Shown piece by piece: positions 1-12,450 of a stretch of DNA of 64,000 nucleotides. A program made the translations under genes and the position numbers. Source of the stretch: Octopus sinensis (lineage: Eukaryota). Location of the stretch: NCBI RefSeq assembly GCF_006345805.1, contig NC_043000.1, forward strand, positions 77,376,001 to 77,440,000, given 5' to 3'. The stretch's first letter is position 1, and each line of letters begins with the position of its first letter. Under the pieces are notes generated by a model. That model was not told the DNA's origin. It worked only from the letters and a program-made list of their open reading frames with translations, and ran no database searches.

Positions 1-79
1 ACATACATACACTCAAACATACATACATACATACATACATACATACATACATACATACATACATAATTTCCATATAAAC

Positions 80-1113
80 AGTGGTGTAGACCGCCTCTAC
101 CTAAAGCGAAAACAAGGAGGCAGAGGCTTAACATCGATCCAAAATGCCTTTGAATGTCACATCATATCCCTTCGGCAACATCTTTTAATCACCAAGTGTC
201 AGAGTGAATCCCTTGACCAAGTTTGCATACACGAGGCTGAAAACATCATAAGATTTGGAAAGCAGTTTTATGCAACACTCTTTGTCTGATAACCTAGAGT
301 ACATACCCAAACAAGTCGCACGACTCTACCGCAACGTATCATCAGATGAAAGGATGAGCCTGTATGAGCAGAAGACTATGCATGGATATGTCAGTAGAAA
401 GTAACATCGATCATCAAAGCAGTTTATCATGGACCAGTAGCTGGATTACTACCTCCCACTTTGAAGGATATGCGTTTGCAATCCAGGAACAGGAAATATC
501 AACCAAGTACCTGATACACAAAAAGGAAAGAGATGCAGGTAAAGCCGTGAAGTGTGACAACCGATGCAGATTTTGTGGAGTTCACAATGAAGATATCACC
601 CACATTATAAGCAGTTGTCCGAAAATGTCATCACGGTATTATCTACCGATGAGACACAATGTTGTAGCTAGGACACTCTATAATGAAATCCATCGGAAGA
701 ATAATCCTGAGGACAAAGAAATAAGAGCCTACAATGCCCTAGCCACTCACAATAAAAAGGAATACAGGTGGAATGTGCCAGTAAAGACCTCAATAAAATG
801 TACGCACAACAGCCCTGATATGATGATTTGAGATAGAGAAGAGAAACTGTGCAGAGTTGTGGAATTTAGCTGCTCAGCGGATGTTAACATAAAGCTGAAG
901 ATCAGTGAAAAAGAGAACACCTATGCTGAACTATTGAGAAATTTACAGTTACTCTCTCTAGATTACAAGTTCAGGTTTATACCTGTAATTATTGGGGCCC
1001 TGGGATATGTAACACATTGCCTAAATACCAATCTTGAGAAATTGGATTTCTCAAAACCAGAAACGAGAAAGCTAATTCAAAGACTACAGGTCCAATCCAT
1101 CACTGGAATCGTA
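80..1113 (+). mobile_element. 3' fragment of an R4/Dong-like (RLE-endonuclease) non-LTR retrotransposon, pseudogenised
   Basis: Translates to VDRLYLKRKQGGRGL (~85-130), CRFCGVHNEDITHIISSC and RHNVVA (CCHC/RH motifs), PDMMI..EFSC (PD..D/E nuclease) and FIPVIIGALG. ORFs 364-831 and 859-1389 are in one frame, split by an in-frame TGA at 829-831. Runs into (ACAT)n. Confidence 0.85.
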
Positions 1114-1430
1114 AATACATACATGCACACACATACATCACACATACATACATACATACATACATACATACATACATACATACATACATGCATGCATACA
1201 TACATACATACATACATGCATACATACATACATACATACATACATACATACATACATACATACATGCATGCATGCATACATACATACATACATACATACA
1301 TACATACATACATGCATGCATACATACATAAATGCATAGATACATACATACATACAAATATGTATGTATGCAGGTATTCATTTATGTAGATGTTTATGTA
1401 TGTGTGTATACATACACACACGCACGCATA
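1113..1430. repeat. (ACAT)n/(GCAT)n microsatellite; also 1-65
   Basis: Direct reading of tandem tetramers. Confidence 0.97.
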
Positions 1431-1596
1431 TACAAGTGCTTCCGTAGCACTTACATAACCTTATTTGCCTTTTGGTATCCAGAAGATCGAAGAGGCAGGT
1501 AAGACTATGTAAATTTTACAGAAGGACCGCTGTTAGACTCCTGGTTCGATAATATTATGAGTGAGGAGTCTAACGCGGGTCGTCTGTGAGCGTGTA

Positions 1597-2080
1597 TAGG
1601 TTAAATAAAATGGGATCACAAAGCCAAGGCAGTGTGAAATTTCTAGGACATTTTATAAAGAGCAGAGTAGTCTTACAGCTGTTTCATGGTTATGAAAGAT
1701 ATCCCATCATAACAGATGATATGAGAGAGTTAAATAGAAGGAAATAGTAGAGTTCAATATAAGAAGTTATTATGGTAAGGGAGAGATATAGGAAGTATAA
1801 AGGTAAATATTAAAAAAAACAAAGATAAAGATATAACATCCAATACATATCATTATGTTTATTATTTTATTTCCCTTTCTATGTCCTATATCTTTCTTTT
1901 TCCATAATATCTTCTTATATTGAACTTTACTATTTCTTTCTATTTAGCTCTCCCATATCGTCTCCGAGGACGGGATACCTTTTATATCTCTGAAACACCT
2001 GTAAGACTACCCTGTTCTTTATAAAATGTTCTAGAAATTTCACACTGCCTTGGCTTTGTTGCCTCATTTTATTTAACCTA
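1597..2080. repeat. Imperfect long inverted repeat (~240-bp arms), probably inverted Penelope-like pseudo-LTRs
   Basis: 1597 taggttaaataaaatg..aaagccaaggcagtgtgaaatttctag is the reverse complement of the sequence ending at 2080. Pairing continues inward to ~1840 with mostly transition mismatches. The arms contain GAAACAGCTGTAAGAC-type motifs. Confidence 0.85.
1960..2007 (+). ncRNA. Degenerate minimal hammerhead-ribozyme-like motif
   Basis: gtct|CCGAGGA|c-gggata..tatctc-t|GAAA|cacct-GTA|agac: stem I gtct/agac, stem II gggata/tatctc, core differs from CUGANGA at U4, GUA cleavage triplet. Confidence 0.45.
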
Positions 2081-2131
2081 ACACACACACACACAAACAT
2101 ACACACACACATACATACATACATACATATA

Positions 2132-2173
<42 letters not shown>

Positions 2174-2636
2174 ATATATTATATATATATATATATACAT
2201 ATATATATACATACATACATACGTACGTTCGTACGTATGCATGCATGTATGTTATAGTATCTTATGTGTACAAATAAATGTACAACTGTTAAAGTTTAGA
2301 GTTCCACATAAATTATCAAAATCAAGTCGACTTCCTGTCTAGTGGTTAAGCAACTACTATACTTAGTAGTATTACCAGTTATGAAATTCAGAGCAAATGT
2401 GTAGAAAATTAGGATAAACAGAAGTTTATATTATTAGTTTCTATGTACGTTTCACAATTATGGTTGCTTAGAACCATGCCGTGCTTATTTCGAGTGCATT
2501 TGGATGCTTAAACAGAACTGACAATTAGGGAACACTTTATTACACTAAGTTACAAAGAACTAATTATATCAGTTCTCTTTCCGTACGTAGGAACTAATAA
2601 TATAAACTTGTGTTAATAATAATGTCTCTCTCTCTT

Positions 2637-2671
<35 letters not shown>

Positions 2672-2729
2672 ACACACACACACACACAAACATACACACA
2701 CACATACATATACATACATACATACATAC

Positions 2730-2780
<51 letters not shown>

Positions 2781-3213
2781 TATATACATACATACATACG
2801 TACGTTCGTACGTATGCATGCATGTATGTTATAGTATCTTATGTGTACAAATAAATGTACAACTGTTAAAGTTTAGAGTTCCACATAAATTATCAAAATC
2901 AAGTCGACTTCCTGTCTAGTGGTTAAGCAACTACTATACTTAGTAGTATTACCAGTTATGAAATTCAGAGCAAATGTGTAGAAAATTAGGATAAACAGAA
3001 GTTTATATTATTAGTTTCTATGTACGTTTCACAATTATGGTTGCTTAGAACCATGCCGTGCTTATTTCGAGTGCATTTGGATGCTTAAACAGAACTGACA
3101 ATTAGGGAACACTTTATTACACTAAGTTACAAAGAACTAATTATATCAGTTCTCTTTCCGTACGTAGGAACTAATAATATAAACTTGTGTTAATAATAAT
3201 GTCTCTCTCTCTT

Positions 3214-3244
<31 letters not shown>

Positions 3245-3260
3245 AACACACACACACACA
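2081..3260. repeat. Tandem duplication, 577-bp period
   Basis: Non-SSR core 2221-2630 recurs at 2798-3207 with no difference seen by eye; ORFs at 2610 and 3187 are also offset by 577. Confidence 0.95.
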
Positions 3261-3354
3261 CGCACACACACACAAATACATATACATATTTATATACATA
3301 TGTATATATATACATACACACATTTATATATATATGCATACATATATATATAGG

Positions 3355-3500
3355 GAGAGTTTACGAAAAAACAAAAGACGAAGACAAGTGGCTTACAAAG
3401 CAAACCGATGTATTAGTATAACGCTCAGGAATAGAAAAAGTCTTTTATGTTTCGAGCCTACGCTCTTCTACAGAAAGGGACACAGAAAAAACAAGGAGAA
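3355..3500 (-). mobile_element. Short Penelope-like repeat with hammerhead-like core (related copies at 45960-46025 + and ~49990-50060 +)
   Basis: Reverse complement reads ctgtagaagagcgtaggctcgaaacataaaagac; 45990 reads ctgttgaagaacgtaggctcgaaacgaaaaagac; ~50025 reads cgatgaagagctatgcaccaaac. Confidence 0.5.
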
Positions 3501-3567
3501 AAAAAAAGGAGAGAAAAAAGGAGAGAAAAAAAAGATACATATATATATATATGTATATATATATGTA

Positions 3568-3606
<39 letters not shown>

Positions 3607-4224
3607 ATACATATACATATATACATGCATATGTATACACACACAAATACTTAAGCACACACACACACACACACATACATACACACATACCAGAGAGAAA
3701 CATGCACATTTGCTGGGGGTGCTGTTTATTTCATACAGGCTTATCAGTATTTTAATATATATCTAAATCCCTATGGATTCCAACTGGTTTCAGCAACCCA
3801 AAGCTCTAAGAATACGACTTCCACATTTATCTTACAGAGAAATTATATTTTCATTGATGATCCCAAATACAGGTGAAACATCCAGAATTATCACTCCTAG
3901 CTGATTGCTGAACAAATAATATTAGTGATCAATCCGTAGTTCTTTTTGTTTCATTGATGCTTGGTCGTATTTTAACTTCTCTGCATTAGGTATATCTTCA
4001 TACTCTGATTGCGTACATAATCTGTAACCAAAGAAATTGTATTCGAGTAATATATACATATATTAGCGTGCCACGCCATGAATAATAACGGTAAAATATT
4101 TATCACGTGTAAATGTACTAAAAATGATAATAGTAGAAATTATGATAATATAAATTTATATAGTGTGTTCCTACGAAATACAGTTAAAATATTGAAAACT
4201 ATGCATTTTTCAAGTAAAGCCATT

Positions 4225-4456
4225 TGCCACGTCATAGTGGCTGTTCAGTGTTACTAATAGTTTAACACCAGATAGACTGTCGGCCAGCTGGTTATCGGTG
4301 CGACGCTGCACCCTTTATATACAATATATATTGCTAGCAGGGGGAGCGAACTCCTATCATTCTCCAGCAGATACTAGGATCGCGAGACTGACTGAGTTTC
4401 GAGCTGACTGGCTCATCCTCAGTCGCGCACACCTGGCTTCTAGAGCGATTGCCAGG
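4225..4456 (+). promoter_or_regulatory. Candidate core promoter and non-coding first exon
   Basis: Non-repetitive, locally CpG-rich patch; CCACGTCA (CRE/ATF-like) ~4227, TATATA at 4325, Inr-like TCATTC at 4357, donor-like GG|GTATTT after 4456. Confidence 0.25.
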
Positions 4457-4574
4457 GTATTTTTCCATGACTTAGCTATATTTTAGCTATTATTGAATAA
4501 CCTGAGAATTTTAGTGATCTTTTTTAGTTTATAGTGAAAGGTTTATAACTATAACAAGCAGATAGCTAGCTAGT

Positions 4575-4900
4575 TAGAATAGTAGGTAGGTAGGTAGGTA
4601 GGTAGGTAGGTAGGTAGGTAGGTAGATAGGTAGGTAAGTAGGTAGGTAAATAAACAGATTGACAGTGAAATAAATGTTGACTGGAATTGAGTTTAACATA
4701 GTTGTAACATAGTTGAGTTTAACATAATGGTAGTGATAGTGGTGGTGGTAGTGGTAGTGGTAGTAGTAGAAGCAGCAGCAGCAGCAACAACAGCTGTAGT
4801 AGTAGTAGTGAAGTGGTGGTGGTAGTTGTCGTTCCTGGTCCTGGTACTGTTGTATCTTTCCTTCTACCACTGTCGCCATTGCTGTTATTGTTATTGTGGT
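4575..4900. repeat. (TAGG)n followed by GTA/GTG/GCA triplet low-complexity tract
   Basis: Direct reading. Confidence 0.9.
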
Positions 4901-5949
4901 GTAATTATTAAATTTATCTTTTATATTACTGAAATGGTGTCAGTGTTTGTCAGATGTTTACGGTCCAGTGACACGACGTTCTCAAGTCTCAGCACCTGGT
5001 ACATAGAAGCAACTAAGTGGAACGGCGGTGGAAGAGAGATAAGACGGTGGAGGGTATCATAGTAATGTTGCCGGTGAGTTGGTAAGATTGGTGGCGATGG
5101 TATAGAAGGTGAGATTCTAATTAACTGTAATAGTGCTTGTGTTGGTGGGTATTACTGTTGTGGTGGTAATGAATGTTGTAATTGTGGTTGTGGAGATGGT
5201 GAGAGGTATTGTGGGGGACGTATATAATAGAGTATAGTATAACACGGTGTATGGTGTATACACATACACACACTCACTCTGTCTCTGTCTCTCTTTCTCT
5301 CTTTCTCTCTCTGCCTCACACACACACACATATGTCGGGAGTTGTGAATCGACTTTAGCACAGTATGTGGTTTGCAGAAGAGACACAGAAATAAATTAAC
5401 GTTGGAATGCAATAAAGAATCAGTGGGAATAAGCGGAGTGTTGCTGTAGTGAAGGTAAAACATGTAGGTCACGTCTGGAAAGAGGTTAAAGATTTTCAGT
5501 AAATACTATCTAAGAAACTGCTATATGAATATCGCTCAAGTAGCTAAAGGTCGTAAAAGTACAATACCATCCTGGAACTGCTGTCTATAGGAAGTGCGGC
5601 GTGCAGTTTGAGTTCGTCCATGTATTTGTTATTCCATTTCATGGTAAAAATTTGTAGGAGGTTAAGAACAGACAAGTAAATTAACCCAATTCGTGGCTGG
5701 CATCGATTATATTGATTCAGAAAAGATTTGAACTCAAAACATCAAGAGATGTAAGTAAAAACATTTGTATCGTGGGCAAGATATATGCTGCTGCCTTCAC
5801 CAGGTATGCGGGCATTTCACAAGGTATGCAAGTATTTTAAAAATACCTCACGGTGTGATGACCATACCCTACATAGTTACGGGCTGCCCTTTGACAAGGA
5901 ATAACACCCGTTCAATTATCCCGCTAGGGATACGGCGAAGTCATGGGGC

Positions 5950-6600
5950 AGCAAGATGGCGGATTCTGAGGAGTTAGCGAAAGAGCTCAACTGAGCACTT
6001 ATGTTGAGTGGAGGAATTCTAGAAGAACAGCTGTCAGGACCACCGACCTCTATCAAGAGAGTAACTGCAATGCGTCCGTAGGGGTGGCGTCCATGGTTGT
6101 GTAATCTGCAAATGAAAGATTGACTATGACACAAACTCCCAATTCAAATTCATAATAATGAAATTGGGTGGCGACAGAGAATCATGGGAATCTGCAGAAG
6201 CAGTGAAAAGAATATAGCTAGTGAGTTGGATTGTTGTAGTTTAGAGCGTAGTAATGAGGCAGTTTATGTGAAAAGCAATTCCAGGCGACAAATGAAACTT
6301 GCTTCTGAAGAACTAGGACATTTTATCCAACAATTTTCCTCACAGTTTCATTTAGGTTTTATTGGGATTATGGCAGAAGACATTTTTCCAAGGTGCCATA
6401 CACTGGGGTAATCGAATCAGAAACCATGTAGGTCTGCTCTAGAGTCGCTTGGATATTGCTGATAGCACAGAAACGCAAAGAAACATCAGCACTGAACCTG
6501 AAGCAGGCATTTCAATACATTTGTTTGCAAGGCTGTCCCGTCTCTACACAGTAAGTAGAAATCTTTAGCGACTGAAGAGAGTTTAATGCTACTAGTTCTC
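5950..6600 (+). pseudogene. Highly degenerate Tx1-like ORF1 5' remnant (tentative)
   Basis: ATG ~5956 MADSEELAKEL..LSTYVEW; MKLASEELGH resembles VRFATEEVAK, and HWGNRIR resembles YRGKRTSR of ORF1 at 28361. Many stops and frameshifts. Confidence 0.35.
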
Positions 6601-7881
6601 ATTAGTTCCCAACATAAACTCATTGAAAAAATAAATTCTGACAAATGTCAATAAATAACAAACGATGCAGAATATTCAAGAAACAGTTGAAATGACGAAC
6701 TAATGATAGGGTTTATACATGGTCGCTAGACTTGTTAGAAAAAGTTGCTCAAGTTCCTTCAAACATATTGTAGTAGAAAGAAAAGAAGGTCATAAAATGT
6801 TCTAGTCTCATATGCACAATACCCGAAAACAATAAAAGATGCGATATTCACGGCTAGGAATATCTTTGATTACAGAACTGCTGAATTATGGACTGACCTG
6901 TGCTAAACAGCAGCGGCAGCAGCAGCAACAACAAGAGATAAAGTGTGCATGTATCCATAGAGTGTTTCGAGAAAAGCCAGTATTAAATATCCACACAAAG
7001 CGTATGAGAACATCTTGGTAGATGAAATTGTATAAGGGCTTCCGGATTCCTACTTTAGATAAGGCTGTAATTCAACACCTCAAGGTTAGGGAAACAAATA
7101 GTTTGCTCCTGTTTTTTTAATAATTCTTCATTAGAAGGAAGTCGGCCAGCCAAAGTCGTTAAAAACCCATTTATCATGTTTCTTACCTAAGTGGTGGAGC
7201 ACCTAAGTGTACAAGATCAAGTCATACTCATTTGCTAGAATGTGAATTTCAGTCTGACGTCCCACTGATTTAACAACATACATCCTTCCAACCGATAAAA
7301 TAAGATTAGCCAGCCCAATACTGTTATATCACCTTGCACAAAATCAGGAATCTCACTGTCTAGGCGATCACCTCGATGAAAATACATACATGCAGACTCT
7401 CCCTGTCTCTCGCTCACACACACACACATACACACATATGCACACACATACACACATACACACATGCGACCGTGCGCAACATTCAGCAGCATTTTGCTCA
7501 TATAACTTTTGCTTCCTCCTATGCCTCGTTTCTGTATATTTGTCACCCCACTTTATCCTCTGTGATCCCTCCATGGTTTGACTGATTTAATTGCTGTCAC
7601 TCTCTTCTTTCTATCCCTCTTTCTATTTACCAATTCCCCCTTCCTCTTCTACTCTGGTGCTGCAACAGTCAATCTCCTCTCCAGAAAACTACATCGATTT
7701 TTCCTTCGAATTCTGTCTTTCTTTGACTGTTCACTTCTTTGCGTATTTTCTATCTTTGTTATTCCTGGCGATGCTCGACCACACATTGTATTTTTTGCTT
7801 TAAATACTGTCTATATTCCATTTTTGTGTTATGTTTTGTAACTTTTTTCTTTAATCGTGATGCTCTTTTGTTTCCTTGCAG

Positions 7882-7983
7882 TCAGAATTTTCCCATTAAT
7901 GAATGTTCTGTTTTGGAATTTTCATGCTTACACGTGGAATATGAAACGCTGTCGGAAGGTGTCGAAATTACACTGATAACCAG
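7882..7983 (+). other. Candidate exon (102 bp)
   Basis: Acceptor tttgtttccttgcag and donor CAG|GTAAAC; one open frame; no recognisable homology. Confidence 0.25.
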
Positions 7984-8929
7984 GTAAACAACCACGTCGA
8001 TTTTGGTGACTGAATAACTCGCCTCACAAAATACTTCACTAGCTTCAGTATATCTCACATTCTGTTCCTTAATAATCTATTCATTTTTACTTCGAATCAC
8101 ACAAACATTTGTATTTTTCATTCGCTGGCTCTTAGACACATTAATTCTTTTCAATGCCACTTTTACAGCTATTATAACAGTCTTTAGACCTCCGAAAAAA
8201 CAACTGTATGTACTTTATCTGCCGTATATCATTCATTAATACTAAAAATAACACAATATTTTATAACTTTTGTTTCCCCTTATAAGTATCTCTATGTAAG
8301 ATTGCTGAATTAAACAGGTGTAAAATAAAATAAAAAACACACACATATATAAATTATTTTGTATGCAGAACGCCATCCTTGATGAAATTCAAATTCAGCT
8401 ATTTTCTTATTTTGGGGTGTGAAAATTTCATTCTACAAAGAAGACCGTTAAGACTTACTTTGAAACCTGATTGAAGAAATTAGCATTACATAATTAGCAT
8501 TTTCACTTACAATATTGTACTACAAACAATAAGCATGTATCACTTTAGTTGTAAAGAAATGTTTTAGAAATTGCATAACTATTTGTGATTGTATATATCT
8601 TGTTAGTGACCAGGTGGCTGAAGTGCGAGTAATTGTTACAGTTTCAGCACACGGTGTTAATTCAAATCACTTGTCAAACAAGTACATCTAAAACAAATAG
8701 AATAAGAACACACGCGCGCGCGCGCACACACACAGGGGAAAATAGAGAAATATAAATAGACATAGCTAAATAGATAGATAACTAGAAAGATAGACAGACG
8801 GCCAAACTGACTGATGCATAACGAGACTGACTGTTGCATAAACAGAAGATATATAGACAGACAGATAACTAAACAAACACACAGAAATATTGAAAGATAT
8901 ATAAACAAAAAGACTGCGAGAAATTCTTC

Positions 8930-10330
8930 TAGACACTGTTTATGCCTCAGCTGAGGCTTAAACGGCCACTAGACTGACGCTATTAATTTCGCTACTTTTC
9001 ACTCCAGTACCACTACAGTCCAGTCATGCCACCTAGATTCGGAGAAATCTTCTTTCTTGTACCTTCAGATCCAGATATTTTCAAAACAACATTGCCACAC
9101 TGCTTGATCCATGGCCGATAAAAAAATTCTGTACCTTGTTGTTCTTGGGAAAGAGCGTGTGTGCGTGCCAGAAACCAATGACCTTGCTTCTCAGTGGATT
9201 TCAGGTAACCGAATCTAAGTAATGACATATTAGGTTGACAATATGTAGACACCTTGGTAATCCGGCTTTTGAATTTCCTCAAAAGTCCCTAATGGGTTGA
9301 ATAGAACGTTTTGACTTCAGAAATCACCGCGTCATGAGAAAACTTACTGAGACTGAAAGACTTTCGTAAATGTCTATTATATTCCACCGTGAGCCTTGTT
9401 CATGTTACTTTTGAGAGGAATTAGTCGGTGTCTCCCTCTGTTTTTGCTATTTTGATCTACATACCCCATCAACTGAGTGTTGTTTTTCGGAAACTGAAGT
9501 TTTCGGTGACACCTTGGGTGTGGTTGACTGCTTTTCATTTTACTGTTGTTGCTCTTATTGTTGTTTATGTTCACTTTGATGTTTCTTTGTTAGATTTGCA
9601 GGTTGGCTTGTTTTTGTTGGTGTTAATATTGTTGTTGTGGTAGTGGCGATGAGAAGTTACTTTGGGAAAGGCTGGCATCCACTTAACGAGAAATAAGTAG
9701 AGGAGAAAGATCGTAGAGGCTGACTGATTCATACGTATGTATTTATTTTGGGGTTGTTGTAAGGCGGGTGTTCATGTAAAACATCCCTTTTTGATGACGG
9801 AGTCCTCCATTTCGATATCTTGACTGTAGTTTTGATTTTGCTGTTGTCGCTGTTGCTGTTACTCTTAACGTCATGATTGCGGTATTAGCAGCAAGGAGTG
9901 TGATACTCTGGTTCATGTTAGGAAGTCTTCTTGTGGTTGCACCTGGCTCTTCTGCTCTCTATCAGATCTCTTATCCGATCCTCACTCTTCAAGTGAATTG
10001 CCTTGGGTATCTTTAGAATGTTCTCAGGCTGGAGCAGTATCTACATCTCTATTTTGAATTCTGACTTGTTCCTGTGGGGCTAATCACGAGTTGGCACCTT
10101 TTTCATACTTCAATATAAAATAATTGATATCTAATCTCAGTTGATCTATCGTTGACTGTGTGATGGCTATTCATCGTCCCATATTGGACGGCATTAATAA
10201 ATACATCGGAGGCGAATGTTTACCTGGTTATTTTCCTGGCCTCTTCTCTTTCGAGGCATAAAGTCACCTGGTTCTATAGTATCCGCCTTTCTTCACATCT
10301 TGCTTATAGAGGCAATGACGAGGTGGTGCA
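8930..10330 (-). mobile_element. Old ORF1-only Tx1-like element remnant
   Basis: Minus strand LKIPKAIHLKSEDRIRDLIESRRARC (~9950-10030) resembles LEEIPETLKISEEERVTVFVEGRKPRC. It is followed by a low-complexity linker, then GHW..HALSQEQQGTEFF (9013-9282) resembling GHIW..TALIPEEGAAEFF, then hairpin gcctcagctgaggc + ataaac. No ORF2 motifs. Confidence 0.5.
9069..9204 (+). other. Candidate exon with ATG at 9111 (MADKKILYLVVLGKERVCVPETNDLASQWIS)
   Basis: Acceptor ttctttcttgtaccttcag, donor CAG|GTAACC, in-frame TGA two codons before the ATG. Lies antisense to the old TE remnant, so it may be coincidental or exonised. Confidence 0.25.
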
Positions 10331-11229
10331 GGGTTGCTGCTGTTGTTGCTGTTGACATTATTGCTGAACTTATTGTTCGTGTTGATATTAAGATCAAGGT
10401 GGTGGTTAAATCGAGTTGCTAATATGCATATTTTTGTTTTCAGTTTTTATATTAGAAAGAGGGATGCACTCAATCACAAAACCGATGAGTTTCTCCTCTA
10501 TAGCGCCACCTCCCTATCATTTCTTCTTCATTACATGATGCAATTTTAATTTTTAAATTTAAGGATAATTTATCAGCATTGCTTTTATTTATGTGAGTTC
10601 GGTCCTCATATGGAGGTTGTGCAAGAAAACAATGACACAACTCTTTAACAAATATGTAAAATTCCTATTTGGGAACACTAATGACAATTGTAACGATAAT
10701 TTTTGAGTGGCTAAAGTATTATTAACATACTTTGCAGTAGTAGCAATAATAACAACAAAAAGCAATAACAACAACAGCGGCAGCAGTAGCAACAACAACA
10801 ACAGCAGCAGCAACAATGATGATGCTGATTCTTTATCTAATACAAGAATATCAAATGATGGAGTGTGATAAGGAATGAAAATACAAATGTGTGTATTTAT
10901 ATAGTATGAAACATAGGAGAAAAAAAAAAGATTTCTCTGAATATCAAGGGCTTTCTCTCAGCTTAGAGACATACTGCGGGCAAGCTCGCCTCAGGACCTG
11001 GTCTCCAATGTCACTTTTCTTTCAGCCAATTTACAAGGTGATGGTGGTATTTTCCTTTCCACTTACCCCTTCATCTACGAGCAAAATTGGTCGAAAAGAA
11101 AGTGTCTATTCTTTTACCTTTGAATCTTGCCCACCATATAATCCGATTCGCAGTAACTACCGGACACAGAAAAACTAAATAATATCTTCGATCGAAGGAA
11201 GGTGACCAGATGATCGTCACAATGAACTA

Positions 11230-11560
11230 AGTTGATAGCTGGATCTATTTTACGTGTGCCAACAGCTGTTGCACATAACTCCAAAAGATAGTAATGTACG
11301 GATACAGAACTGGTAGATGCAGAAATGTTTTGTTTCCCAAGATTAGGCATTTAGGACAAGCTTGGCTGAGGTTACCACCGGGTCTATAGAGTATATTCCT
11401 ACTGGTAACGTCACCTAGTAGCGCTAGCAGCACAACAAAGATTTCTGGAAGTTGTAAATACTTCCCAGGCTGAAAATCCTCTGAGATGGAAGAGGCAGAA
11501 GAACAAGGGGAAGGAGGAACACAAGAATGAAGATTGATTTATGATTTTGTAAGATTTAAT
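11230..11560 (+). pseudogene. Degenerate ORF1 zinc-knuckle remnant (tentative)
   Basis: tgttttgtttcccaagattaggcatttaggacaagcttgg reads CFVS(fs)KIRHLGQAW, a decayed CX2CX4HX4C comparable to CFGCGKKGHVRAEC, followed by a K/E-rich tract. Confidence 0.3.
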
Positions 11561-11951
11561 GGGGAATAAATGAGCAGAACCTGCAATAACAAAAACAAAA
11601 ATGAAAGAAAACTGATAAGACACAATCACAATTTTCATGGTACTCTGATTCTTTTCATATCTGATGTAAATATATAACGCCACGAGTAGAATATTCCATC
11701 GTCAAAAATGGATTAACCGACATTTCCGTAAGATTACGTCAACTCTCGTGGGATTCTGTTAAACAGTGTCATGGCATGACTCACTTAACATGTGTGATAG
11801 TTGGTAATGTGACCTATAGTGTTATCTTATGAGGGGTTACATGTGTTATATCTCACCACTTAAAGTCATTGGGAAATGGAAATGTATAAATATATAATAC
11901 ATGGGTAGACATTCGAAAATGGGTATATATACATAAGCAAATGTATGTTAG

Positions 11952-11988
<37 letters not shown>

Positions 11989-12004
11989 ATGTGTGTGTGT
12001 GTTA

Positions 12005-12033
<29 letters not shown>

Positions 12034-12036
<3 letters not shown>

Positions 12037-12305
12037 CAATTAAGGAACGGCCATAATAGGCCATTCACCCACTAGAAATAACAGCCAAAGCTTCTACCGC
12101 AAATAAAGATTAATTCCGTAAACAGGAGAAAATTAAAAAAACATTTACCCTGTAATTACAGGGTAAATGTTTTTTTAATTTTTTTTAATTTTTTTAATTT
12201 TTTTAATTTTCTCCTGTTTACGGAATTAATCTTTATTTGCGGTAGAAGCTTTGGCTGTTATTTCTAGTGGGTGAATGGCCTATTATGGCCGTTCCTTAAT
12301 TGTTA
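12034..12305. repeat. Spacer-less palindrome (122-bp arm; right arm carries 28 extra bp of TTTTTTTAA repeats)
   Basis: Centre tgtaa|ttaca at 12155/12156. Arms are exact reverse complements apart from the T-run expansion and include SINE-like ggccattcacccactagaaata. Confidence 0.95.
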
Positions 12306-12450
12306 ATGTTGAACTTAAAAATGGTCTTTGACTATTTAATTTTTTTCCCGCTGGGCCGCTGGTGGCAATAAAATTCTACAAAATTTTCCTTGCCACCCTA
12401 TATTGATTAAATATATATATATATATATATGTTAGTATATATATATATAA

